Shown here: positions 47,978 to 57,132 of the stretch, one piece after another | Layout of the letters: every line of letters begins with the position of its first letter | Position numbering within the stretch: the first letter of the stretch is position 1 | From: Gemmatimonas sp. | GTDB lineage: Bacteria > Gemmatimonadota > Gemmatimonadetes > Gemmatimonadales > Gemmatimonadaceae | Length of the DNA: 64,000 nt | Assembly (NCBI GenBank): GCA_031414535.1 | Contig: JANNVQ010000014.1 | Span: 96,001-160,000, forward strand | Direction: 5' to 3' | Position numbers and translations under genes: made by a program | The notes under the pieces: generated by a model | What the model saw: the letters and a program-made list of their open reading frames with translations, nothing else | What the model was told of the DNA's origin: nothing | Database searches by the model: none

Positions 47978-50900
47978 TTACTCAGTAGCTCTGCGCAGGC
48001 GCGTGATCGCGTTCAGCGTAGACTGCGCCTGCACAGCGCTGATGCGCCCGCTGCGAACGAGCGCGTCAATCTCATTCTCCAGAGCACCCAGCTGGCCGAG
48101 CAAGGAGTTGTCGTTGCCGCGCTCGATGCTGGCCCGAATGGCCCGCACCTTAGTGAGCAGCGACTGCGCCTCACCACGGTTCCGTAGCGAACCCGCGAGC
48201 GCCTCGACCTCAGCCGCCACCTGTGCCGCTGCCTCAGCCGTCGTGGCCTGCGCCACTTCGACCGTGCGGCTCACGGTGTCAGCGAGACCATCGTTGTCGG
48301 TGATGACGAGCTGCACCGTGTAGCTGCCGAAGAACTGATACTCGTGCGTTGGCGCAGCGCCGCTGCCCGTGTTCCCATCGCCAAAGTTCCAAGCATACGA
48401 GACGATGCTGCCATTGGGATCAATAGAACCGGCGGCGCTAAAGGAGATTGGCGCGCCTTCTGTTCCCGCAACTGGCACGATGTTCGCCAAGGGCGGCTGC
48501 GTGCCTGTGATGAGCGCGCGACGTGTCTTCGCCGGTAGTGCCGTGAGGAAGCGGTAGCCGCTCAAGCGCTCCACTGAGTCTGCAGTGACCACATACTGGG
48601 TCTGCCAGTTGGCATTGCGAATGCCTGGCGCGTTCGGCATCACCACCGCGACCACCTGCAGGTCTCGATAGTCGCGCACGTCCTCGAGGCGCGTGCCGCG
48701 CGCAGCGATGACGCTGACCTTCCAAGTCCACGCTGGGATTGTGATGAGCCCTTCACCCTTCACCGTCCCGACGGAACCCGTGGCGCCGGCGAAGATGGTG
48801 AGTTCCTTGTTCTGACCCTCGGCGAGATCGCCTAAGTAGTTCTCGTGCTGAGCCCAAGGACCCTGATTGTTGTCCGAGAACTGCGGGATGATGTTGGAGA
48901 AGTAGAAGGTGCGGGCGTTGTCGAGTTGACCAACGGTGCGGTCAAACGAGCGCGCCAAGTGGCCGCGATCAATGCCTGCGCCAGCAGCCGCTCCGGCGCC
49001 GGTGTAGTCCGCCGTGCTGTAGCGCGAGAACCCGGCCGTCTCGAGCTCCGGATCGAACGTGAAGCAGTCGCAGCGCTCCTGCCCCGGTACGATGTGGTCG
49101 CCGGTCAGGTTGTAGGCCACCCAGTTCGGGATGCCGCGGCCGCCGTTCCACGAGCTCGTGAACTCACGACGCGAGACGAGGAAATCATCGCTGGCATCGC
49201 TGTCCACTGGCAGGCCGTACTCAGAGGCCTCACCATAAGCTGCGCTGCTGCCGAGGAACTCCTTCACGATGAGCCGCAGGTTGCGGCCGGTGCCGTCCTG
49301 CGCCGTCACGCGAATGGTGCCCGCGCCGGCGCCTACTCCGCGAACCACGCCGCGTGCATCCACAGTGATGATTGCCGGCGTCAGCGAGGCCCAAGTGAAG
49401 GTTGTCGTAACGATGGCATTCGACGGATCGCGCAGCGTAGCGAAGATCTGGTCTTCGAAGCCCACCGGCAGGGTGTCTGCCGTCTCGCGGCCCGAGGTTG
49501 TGATGCGGTTGGCCGAAACCACCGGCGCCACGTCTTCGAGGCCCGTGTTCTCTGCGTCGGGAGTGCCGTAGTCGCCGTCGCCGAAGGTCGTAGTGGAGAA
49601 GCCCCACTCCGAGCCGTCAGCGTTGGACACCGGCGCCACACCCGGGCGCAGACCCTTCGTCACGCCGCGGGGAAGCGTCGTCCACGACACCGAGTCGGCC
49701 AAGGCCTGCGCCGGGTCGAGCAGAACCAAGTAGTCGTTGTTGTCGAGCCAAATCGTGCTGCTCGATCCCACGAAGTAGTTGTAGTCGAGCGTCACACCGC
49801 CGTTGCGGTTGAAGTCATTGCCACGGCCGAGCACGGCGTAGCCACCCGCCGGCACAATCACGCTGCTGTTGATGGTGTGCACCGGCTGTCCGCTGCCGCC
49901 GCTCAAAATGCGCCAGCCCTGCAGATCAACCGGCTCGCTGCCGTTGTTGCGCACTTCAAACCATTCGCCCCAGCTCGCGCTCTCGGCGTTAGCCGGATCG
50001 CCCATCAGTTCGTTGATCTGGATATCGAAGGCCGACACCACACGCGGAGCGGCCGTCACTGTGACCTGCACCGTTGCCGACGCCGAGCCCGCAGTGGCCG
50101 TGATGACCGCCGAGCCTGCATTCACCGCCGTAATCAGGCCGCTGGTGCTCACCGTGGCGACCGTGCTCGCGCTGCTGCTGAAGGAGACGGGGATGCTGAG
50201 CGGCGCGCCGGCCTCGTCGAAGACGGATGCCGACACCGTTACCGTCGCGCCAACCACCAGCGTAACCGAAGGCGGTGTGACCGACACCGAGGCCGCGACC
50301 GGGCCCGTGGCGCCGCCGCAAGGCGTGATGGTCGCTGAGGCCGTGTTGCGCGGGCTTGGTGCCGCCGCGACGAAATCCGCGCTCGGCGAGCCCGTGTACG
50401 CGCAACCCGCTTCGCCGCGAATCACCGCATTCGTGTTGCTTGGCGCCGGCGTGCGAGAGGTCCATTCCGTGATGCAGTTCCCCGCGGCTGTCGAGTTTCC
50501 GAATGCCACGCGGTCCACCACAGGTGCATCCACCGGGCAGGTTCCGCTGAGGGCGGTGCCGTTAGAAACCAACACCACCTTGCCAGCGGTCGCGGACATC
50601 GCGATCGTGCCCGAAGCGTCCGGCGTGGGGAGCGCCTGCGTTCCACCCGTGCCCTGCCCCTGCTGGACGAGATAGTATCCGCCCGGCTGAATGACACCGG
50701 TCAGCGAGGTGTAGGCCCAGCTGGAGCCCGTCGCCGATGCGTAAGCCACGCGCCAACCCGTCACGGTCACCGGCGTACTGCCGGGATTGAACAGCTCAAT
50801 GAAGTCGTTGCGCAGCGTAGCGCCGGAGTTTCCGCCGCCGCCGTAGATCTGCGAAATCAGAACCTGAGGGCCGGCATAGGCAGCCGCAGCACCACCGGAA

Positions 50901-51007
50901 ACGAGGCGTAGGCTGACGCTCGGTGGTGCGGTGGGCGCATCGGCGCAGGAGAGCGCGAGGACAGCGGCGCTGAGGGCGGCAAGGCCGCGCGAGGTGGAGA
51001 GACGCAT
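47978..51007 (-). CDS. Multidomain surface nuclease lipoprotein (LTD, Ig-like, LTD, Ig-like, DNA/RNA non-specific endonuclease, PKD)
   Basis: Lipobox ALSC; lamin-tail motifs ISQIYGGGG..DFIELFN and INELM..EWFEVRN; nuclease motifs DRGH and NIIPQ...NQGPW; PKD motif YAWNFGDG. Confidence 0.85.
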   Translation of the reverse strand: MRLSTSRGLAALSAAVLALSCADAPTAPPSVSLRLVSGGAAAAYAGPQVLISQIYGGGGNSGATLRNDFIELFNPGSTPVTVTGWRVAYASATGSSWAYTSLTGVIQPGGYYLVQQGQGTGGTQALPTPDASGTIAMSATAGKVVLVSNGTALSGTCPVDAPVVDRVAFGNSTAAGNCITEWTSRTPAPSNTNAVIRGEAGCAYTGSPSADFVAAAPSPRNTASATITPCGGATGPVAASVSVTPPSVTLVVGATVTVSASVFDEAGAPLSIPVSFSSSASTVATVSTSGLITAVNAGSAVITATAGSASATVQVTVTAAPRVVSAFDIQINELMGDPANAESASWGEWFEVRNNGSEPVDLQGWRILSGGSGQPVHTINSSVIVPAGGYAVLGRGNDFNRNGGVTLDYNYFVGSSSTIWLDNNDYLVLLDPAQALADSVSWTTLPRGVTKGLRPGVAPVSNADGSEWGFSTTTFGDGDYGTPDAENTGLEDVAPVVSANRITTSGRETADTLPVGFEDQIFATLRDPSNAIVTTTFTWASLTPAIITVDARGVVRGVGAGAGTIRVTAQDGTGRNLRLIVKEFLGSSAAYGEASEYGLPVDSDASDDFLVSRREFTSSWNGGRGIPNWVAYNLTGDHIVPGQERCDCFTFDPELETAGFSRYSTADYTGAGAAAGAGIDRGHLARSFDRTVGQLDNARTFYFSNIIPQFSDNNQGPWAQHENYLGDLAEGQNKELTIFAGATGSVGTVKGEGLITIPAWTWKVSVIAARGTRLEDVRDYRDLQVVAVVMPNAPGIRNANWQTQYVVTADSVERLSGYRFLTALPAKTRRALITGTQPPLANIVPVAGTEGAPISFSAAGSIDPNGSIVSYAWNFGDGNTGSGAAPTHEYQFFGSYTVQLVITDNDGLADTVSRTVEVAQATTAEAAAQVAAEVEALAGSLRNRGEAQSLLTKVRAIRASIERGNDNSLLGQLGALENEIDALVRSGRISAVQAQSTLNAITRLRRATE

Positions 51008-51195
51008 TTGACTCGGGTTGGGTTCGGCCAGAACAAACTTCTGTAATTCAGAAATAGCCTAGGGAAGCTCGCCGAATTCGCGCCCGCTGTCAAAGCGCAT
51101 CTGTCACGCCAATGTCTCGGTGTCTCTGGCGCGGGTACCGTAGTTGCGGACATCTTGCGCGTGTGACGACGCCTGTGACCACCGCCGCGCGCCCA

Positions 51196-52023
51196 ATGCT
51201 CTCTGGCATCGTGGACTTGCACAGCCACTTCATCCCTGGCGTGGACGACGGCGCCCGCACGCCGGACGAGGCGCTGCGCGCGCTGATTGCGATGGCAGCG
51301 CAGGGCTGCGACAGCTGCGTCACCACGCCGCATCTTGATGCGTCCCTGACCCGTAACGCTCCGGCGCTGGCTAAGCGGCTCGCGGACTTCGACCGCGGCT
51401 GGGATCAACTCGGCGCCGCCTGCGGGGCGCATCTCGGCCAGCAGGGCGCCGCCGCCTTGCCGATGCTGTTTCGCGGCGTGGAGTTGATGCTCGATGAGCT
51501 CGAGCCCGATTTGAGCAATCCCAAGCTCAGGCTCTGCGGTGGGCAGTACGTGTTGGTGGAGTTTCCGGCGCTACGGTTGCCCGTAAATGCCCACGTGGGC
51601 ATTGCGGCCTTGGCCCGCCAAGGCTGGCGGCCGGTGGTGGCGCATCCGGAACGTTACCGGAATCTCGATGTGAAGCTCGAGTCACTGCGTCGCATCCGCG
51701 AAGCGGGCGCCTACTTCCAAGTGAACGCCGGCTCGCTCACTGGCAAGTACGGCTCGCGTGCGGAGCGGACGGTGCGGCGGCTCCTAGATCAGGGCTGGGC
51801 GAGTTTTATGGCCAGCGATCATCATGCGCGCGGGACGCCGCAGATTGCCGGCGCAGTTGAATTGTTGGCGGAGTCCGGGGGAGTCGAGCAAGCCACGCGA
51901 CTGCTCGCGGAGAACCCGCGGCGCATTTTGATTGGGGCAACGCCGTTGGATGTGGCGGGGATTGCACCGGCACGTGGGAGCGTGTGGTGGAATCGGTTGA
52001 TGCGTCTCACAGGGAGCGCCTGA
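51196..52023 (+). CDS. CpsB/CapC-family PHP tyrosine-protein phosphatase
   Basis: DLHSHFIPGVDDG, TPH, AHPERY and ASDHH. Start uncertain. Confidence 0.88.
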   Translation: MLSGIVDLHSHFIPGVDDGARTPDEALRALIAMAAQGCDSCVTTPHLDASLTRNAPALAKRLADFDRGWDQLGAACGAHLGQQGAAALPMLFRGVELMLDELEPDLSNPKLRLCGGQYVLVEFPALRLPVNAHVGIAALARQGWRPVVAHPERYRNLDVKLESLRRIREAGAYFQVNAGSLTGKYGSRAERTVRRLLDQGWASFMASDHHARGTPQIAGAVELLAESGGVEQATRLLAENPRRILIGATPLDVAGIAPARGSVWWNRLMRLTGSA

Positions 52024-52025
52024 GC

Positions 52026-53093
52026 ATGCGTCTCGTCACGGTGGTGGGCGCGCGACCGCAGTTCATCAAAGCGGCACCAGTAAGTGCTGCCCTACGCGAG
52101 CATCACAAGGAGTGCCTCGTGCACACGGGGCAGCACTACGACCCCGAGCTCTCCGGCGCGCTGATTGATGAGATTGGAATGCCTCAGCCGGACATTGCCT
52201 TGGGCATTCATGGTGGATCCGCGGCCGAACAACTGGGGCGCTGCGTGCTCGCGCTCAACGAGGTGCTCGTCAACCAGCAGCCCGACGCCGTGATGGTGTA
52301 CGGTGATACCAACTCCACGCTCGCTGGCGCGCTTGCTGCCGACCGCTGCGGCATACCGCTCGTTCACGTCGAAGCTGGACTCCGCTCCTTTGACCGACGC
52401 ATGCCCGAAGAGCGAAACCGCATCGTCGCCGATCATCTGTCCAGCCTCTTGCTCTGCAGTTCCGAGTCTGGTGCAGTGCAGTTGCGCCGCGAAGGCATCG
52501 CGCACGGCGTGCATGTGGTTGGCGACGTCATGCAGGACGCCTTACTCGCCACTCAGGCGCGACTTCAGGGCGCCAACAGCGCGGCCATTCTTGCTCGCTT
52601 CGGTCTTGTGCCTGGCGGGTACGTGTTGGCCACGATTCATCGCGCCGAGAACACTGATGACTTGGCGCGGCTGCGCGCAATCCTAGGCGGGCTCGCCGCC
52701 GTGGGTGTTCCGGTGATTCTGCCGCTGCATCCCCGCACGCGGCAGGCAATGGCGTCCTCGGGGTTATCTGCCGAAGGCCGACTAAGCACGGTCACCTCGC
52801 TAGGGCACCTAGAGTTCGTGGCCTTGACGTCTGCGGCGCGGTGCGTCGTCACCGACTCCGGCGGACTGCAGAAGGAAGCCTTCTGGCTTGGAGTTCCTTG
52901 CGTGACTGTCCGGACGAGTACCGAGTGGACGGAGACTGTGACGAGCGGTTGGAATCGCCTCGTGGATGCGCAAGCGAGTGACATCGTTAGCGCCGTTGGT
53001 GCGGCGACGCCACAAGCGGAGAGACCGGCGCTCTTCGGACCGACCGGCGCCGCTGCGCGTATCGTCGAGTTGCTACCGCGTGTGCTCGAATAG
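52026..53093 (+). CDS. wecB: UDP-N-acetylglucosamine 2-epimerase (non-hydrolysing)
   Basis: GARPQFIK, HTGQHYD, GDTNSTLA, HVEAGLRS..MPEE.NR and TDSGGLQKEA. Confidence 0.92.
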   Translation: MRLVTVVGARPQFIKAAPVSAALREHHKECLVHTGQHYDPELSGALIDEIGMPQPDIALGIHGGSAAEQLGRCVLALNEVLVNQQPDAVMVYGDTNSTLAGALAADRCGIPLVHVEAGLRSFDRRMPEERNRIVADHLSSLLLCSSESGAVQLRREGIAHGVHVVGDVMQDALLATQARLQGANSAAILARFGLVPGGYVLATIHRAENTDDLARLRAILGGLAAVGVPVILPLHPRTRQAMASSGLSAEGRLSTVTSLGHLEFVALTSAARCVVTDSGGLQKEAFWLGVPCVTVRTSTEWTETVTSGWNRLVDAQASDIVSAVGAATPQAERPALFGPTGAAARIVELLPRVLE

Positions 53094-53116
53094 CACGCAC
53101 CTCTTGTGCGATTGAA

Positions 53117-53812
53117 TCAGCGCGGGAGCCATTCGCGCAGTTGCACTGGTGCATCACGATCGGCAACGCACAAGGCACCAACGAATGGCGCCGGTAGACC
53201 GAGCGCATGCAGCTTCCAACGGTTGATGTCTGGCGTGTCCGCCGCGTAGAGGAGCCGGGGTGTCGCATCGCCTGCCGTCACCGCGAAACGCGCCAGCGCT
53301 GGGCCGATCCCGACTCCCGTGGCCTTCACATAGGCCTCCTTTCGCGTCCAGATGCGATAGAAGGTTTGCAAGCGCTCGGGCTCGGGCACCGTCCAGAGCG
53401 CCGACTGCTCTTCGGTGGCAAAATGGGACTCCGCCACACCCTGCATCTCAGGAACCGGCCGCGGGTCCTCCACATCCACTCCAACGACGGCGCCAGTTGT
53501 CACTGCCACAAGGGCCATTGCGCCAGAGTGTGATAGGTTGAAGTCGATTCCTGCGACGTCGAGCAGCGTGGGCTTCCCGTTAGCATCGCGCCCGAATCGT
53601 AGGGCCTCTGGTGAGAGGCCCGTGGCGCTGGAGAGCACGCTGCGCAGCGCCACGTGCGCCACCCGCCAGCGATCCGCGTGCTCGGTGGCGTAAAAGCGGG
53701 CCGCTCGATCGCGCTCCGCGTCGTCTAGCCAGGCGAGTCGCTCGGCATTCAGAACTTTGCGCTCGTCGAGCGGCACCATCCACACAGTCGTCACTTCCGA
53801 AAGAAAGCACAT
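53117..53812 (-). CDS. Sfp-type 4'-phosphopantetheinyl transferase
   Basis: GKP, FNLSHS, VGVDVE and WTRKEAYVKATG. Confidence 0.9.
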   Translation of the reverse strand: MCFLSEVTTVWMVPLDERKVLNAERLAWLDDAERDRAARFYATEHADRWRVAHVALRSVLSSATGLSPEALRFGRDANGKPTLLDVAGIDFNLSHSGAMALVAVTTGAVVGVDVEDPRPVPEMQGVAESHFATEEQSALWTVPEPERLQTFYRIWTRKEAYVKATGVGIGPALARFAVTAGDATPRLLYAADTPDINRWKLHALGLPAPFVGALCVADRDAPVQLREWLPR

Positions 53813-53860
53813 TGGCACTGGGCAGGCGAGCCGATGTAAGTTGCCTCGGCCGCTACCATC

Positions 53861-55096
53861 ATGCGCGGCACCACAGTCCTCAACTTTTCGGAGTCGCGTT
53901 TGCTCGCTGCGCTGCTGTTCATCATTGGGGTCTGTGCAGCGGTCACGTTCTACGCGTATTTCGGGTATCCGGCGCTGCTATGGCTACTCGCCAAACTGCG
54001 GCGGCCTCAGCATGTACATCGTGCTGAGCCCTCGGTGTGGCCTCGCATCTCCATTACGCTACCCGCTTACAACGCCGAACAGACCCTGCGTCCGGTGCTC
54101 GACGCACTTATGCTGGTGGACTATCCGCGGGACCGCCGCCAGATCCTCATCGTGTCAGATGGCTCCACGGATGGCACGGACGCGCTCGTACGTGAGTACG
54201 CATCACAGGGTGTGGAGTTGCTGCGCATTGAAGGACGTCTGGGGAAGACGGAGATCGAGAACCGGGCTTTCGCCTCGCTCACCGGCGAAATTATCGTCAA
54301 CACCGACGCATCGGTCACCATCGATCCCGCCGCCGTGAAGCACCTCGTGTGCGCTCTCGGAGATCCCGCAGTGGGCGTGGCCTCCGGACGCGACGTTTCG
54401 GTCGCGTCCGTGGGTGCGAAGGGCGACGCCAGCGAAGCGGCCTACGTGGGATACGAGATGTGGGTGCGCGACCTCGAGACTGCAATTGATGGCATCATTG
54501 GGTCGAGCGGTTGCCTCTACGCCATTCGCGCTCCACTGCACCGCCGGCAACTTGGCGGCCATTTGAGCCGCGACTTCAGCTCTGCGCTCTGGGCGCGCTT
54601 GAACGGCGTGCGAGCCGTGTCCGTGCGCGATGCGGTGTGCTTCGTACCGCGCGCCGCGTCAATGCGCGTTGAATACCGACGCAAGATTCGCACGATGAGC
54701 CGCGGCATTCAGACCCTATTCTTTCATGCGCAGCTCTTGAATCCGTTTCGCTACGGATTGTTCGCCTGGATGCTGGCGAGCCACAAACTGCTGCGCTGGC
54801 TGGTCCCTTGGGCGCTTCTCGTGGGCGCCGCGCTCACGCCGGCGCTGCTCATACTCGCGGTCGCTGATCGCGCCACGGTCTGGGGGGCGCTCGCGGCGCT
54901 CGGCACAGCGGGAGTGCTGGTGCTGCTCGTATTGGGCGCGCTTGGCTGGCGTTGGCCCGGGCCTCATCCTCCGCGACTTGCCGCAGTAGCCGCATATTTT
55001 GTGGCCGGCAACTGGGCAGGCATCATTGCCTGGGTTCAGGCAGTGCAGGGCCAAAGTGCCGCGCGGTGGGAACCGACGCCGAGGTCCCTCAGCTAG
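53861..55096 (+). CDS. GT2 glycosyltransferase with flanking TM helices
   Basis: PAYNAE, SDGSTDGT, TDA, GCLYAIR and EYRRKIR. Confidence 0.85.
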   Translation: MRGTTVLNFSESRLLAALLFIIGVCAAVTFYAYFGYPALLWLLAKLRRPQHVHRAEPSVWPRISITLPAYNAEQTLRPVLDALMLVDYPRDRRQILIVSDGSTDGTDALVREYASQGVELLRIEGRLGKTEIENRAFASLTGEIIVNTDASVTIDPAAVKHLVCALGDPAVGVASGRDVSVASVGAKGDASEAAYVGYEMWVRDLETAIDGIIGSSGCLYAIRAPLHRRQLGGHLSRDFSSALWARLNGVRAVSVRDAVCFVPRAASMRVEYRRKIRTMSRGIQTLFFHAQLLNPFRYGLFAWMLASHKLLRWLVPWALLVGAALTPALLILAVADRATVWGALAALGTAGVLVLLVLGALGWRWPGPHPPRLAAVAAYFVAGNWAGIIAWVQAVQGQSAARWEPTPRSLS

Positions 55097-55102
55097 ACGA
55101 AA

Positions 55103-55858
55103 TCAGCGAAGCAATGCCGCGGCCAATAGTGGACCTGCAATCAAGCTTACAACTTGAAGAACGATGGTGCGATCCCAAGGTTGGCGCGCAGCGTCAATCA
55201 CGAGGAAGTCGCCGTCGCGCACGCCCAACTCGGCGAGCGTGCGCCCATTCACGATTGCTGAGCGGACTTCACTATTTGAAATTGTCTCGGAATTATTCCG
55301 CACCATGCGCATCCGCATCGGGTCTGCCGTCTGCAGCGGTCCACCGGCGGCCGTGAGCACGTCATCCAAACGCGCATCGAGTGGGGCGAGTTGGTAGCCC
55401 GGTTGTGCCACCGGACCGAACACGGCCACGCGCAGCAACGGCCGCACGAGCACCTCGGCGTCGCGGGCCGTGTTGCGCACGCGCGACCTCACGCGCTCCG
55501 CGGCTTCGGCGCGCAGCACACCCGTCAGCGAGACGGCCCCAAACGAGCCCACAAAAACTGTCAGGGAATCGTCTACCACCAGCGTCTCGTCGAAGGACGC
55601 ATTGCCCGATACCTTCACGATGATTCGATCGCCAGCCCTGAAATCCCCGCGCTCAAGGCGAGTACGCAGAGTCTCCGCACCACGTGTAGCCCTCGCGCGC
55701 AGACGCAATCCGTAAGCGGGCGATGCAGCAACAGCTTCGAGACGGGCCGCCTCGGCAGTGACTTCCTCACGAGAAGCGGCAGGATCCGATCCGCGAGACG
55801 CCGATTGCGCAGGGAGCGCTGCGGCGAAGAGGCTGAGAGCCGTCGAGAGTGTTCCCAT
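55103..55858 (-). CDS. Polysaccharide export / SLBB-domain protein (Wza-like)
   Basis: Signal peptide; GDRI, VAVFGPVAQPG...LTAAGG and RDGD; C-terminal helix. Confidence 0.7.
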   Translation of the reverse strand: MGTLSTALSLFAAALPAQSASRGSDPAASREEVTAEAARLEAVAASPAYGLRLRARATRGAETLRTRLERGDFRAGDRIIVKVSGNASFDETLVVDDSLTVFVGSFGAVSLTGVLRAEAAERVRSRVRNTARDAEVLVRPLLRVAVFGPVAQPGYQLAPLDARLDDVLTAAGGPLQTADPMRMRMVRNNSETISNSEVRSAIVNGRTLAELGVRDGDFLVIDAARQPWDRTIVLQVVSLIAGPLLAAALLR

Positions 55859-56205
55859 CGCAAAGCGGAGGTGCGAGGTTCTCGGCGCAAAGATGCAAGT
55901 CATTTTCCAATGCTAACCTACGCAATCCCACGGCCGCTACTGAGTGCATTGCTCGCAGATTCTACCTCGGAGGGAACTTGCGTCTGGACAGCGATGTTGC
56001 ACCTTCGCACCAGTACTGGCACGGTGTGTGGCCTAGGCGCATCGGGACTGGCGCACATTTTCGACGCAGAAGATACCGTAAGTCGTTGTTGTAAAGTTAC
56101 TTAGGAGATTCCCAACTCCCTGCATGACTCTTGCGTATATGTAACGTGATTGTCCCGAATCCCATCTCGGGGTACCAGTGACAAATCCCACCTAATCTCC
56201 CGTCC

Positions 56206-57132
56206 GTGATTTCAACGCCAAGTGCGACCCGCCGTCCCCCGCTGACGCTCATTGCCAACGGGCAGGAGTGGAACGCCCGCTCGCTTGAGTCCATTCTCGC
56301 CCCGCACGGATACGCCGTGTTGCGCGCATACAACGGACGTCAGGCCATTGAGCGCACGCTTAGTGCGCGTCCAGACCTGATCATCATCGACACCGATCTC
56401 CCGGACCGCAGCGGATTCGACGTCTGCCGCGCGATCCGCGAGCATCCCAGCATCAGCCGGGCGACACCAATTCTCATGACTACGGCCGGCAATCCCAGTC
56501 GTGCTAAGAAGCTTGAGGCTCTACGCGCGGGCGCTTGGGAGATGCTTGGCGCAACACTCGATGCGGAGGAGCTGGTATTACGCCTCGACGCAATGATTTC
56601 GGCGAAGCTCGAAATCGATCGGGTAAAGGACGAGAGCCTGCTCGACGAGATTACTGGGCTCTACAACCTGCGCGGGCTCGATCGTCGCGCACGTGAGTTG
56701 GGCTCTCAGGCCTTCCGCGCGAAGGGTGCGCTGGCCTGCGTGGTGGTCACCCCGCTGAGCTCCGACGCCGACATTGACATCGCAAACTCGTCTGTGATGG
56801 TGCGGCTGGCCCGCGTATTGCTGCAGACCGGCCGCAATTCCGACGTGATTGGCACCATGAGCCCAGGTGAGTTCGCCATTGTTGCTCAAGGCACCGACGC
56901 CGAGGGAGCCGAGCGACTTGCGCAGCGTATTGCGGTGGCAGCCGCTGAACAGTTTGGGAACGAGTCCGTACATGTCGCGGTGGGCTACGACGCAGTGCTC
57001 GACTACTCCGAATCCCCGATTGATCCGAGCGACCTGCTTTCCAACGCGAGCGCCGCTATGCGCGCATCGCGGACGAGCGCCGTCGGGGGACAGCGCGTGA
57101 GCATCAGCCGCTTCGGCGCAATCCTTAACTAA
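56206..57132 (+). CDS. Response regulator with a degenerate GGDEF domain
   Basis: Receiver (PDLIIID, TPILM) followed by DEITGLYN...RNSD.....SPGEF in place of GG[DE]EF. Confidence 0.8.
   Translation: MISTPSATRRPPLTLIANGQEWNARSLESILAPHGYAVLRAYNGRQAIERTLSARPDLIIIDTDLPDRSGFDVCRAIREHPSISRATPILMTTAGNPSRAKKLEALRAGAWEMLGATLDAEELVLRLDAMISAKLEIDRVKDESLLDEITGLYNLRGLDRRARELGSQAFRAKGALACVVVTPLSSDADIDIANSSVMVRLARVLLQTGRNSDVIGTMSPGEFAIVAQGTDAEGAERLAQRIAVAAAEQFGNESVHVAVGYDAVLDYSESPIDPSDLLSNASAAMRASRTSAVGGQRVSISRFGAILN

Noticed and set aside
56017..56066. Sigma-54 promoters at TGGCAC and TGGCGC between the wza-like gene and the REC-GGDEF gene
   Set aside because: Neither has GC at the required GG-N10-GC spacing.
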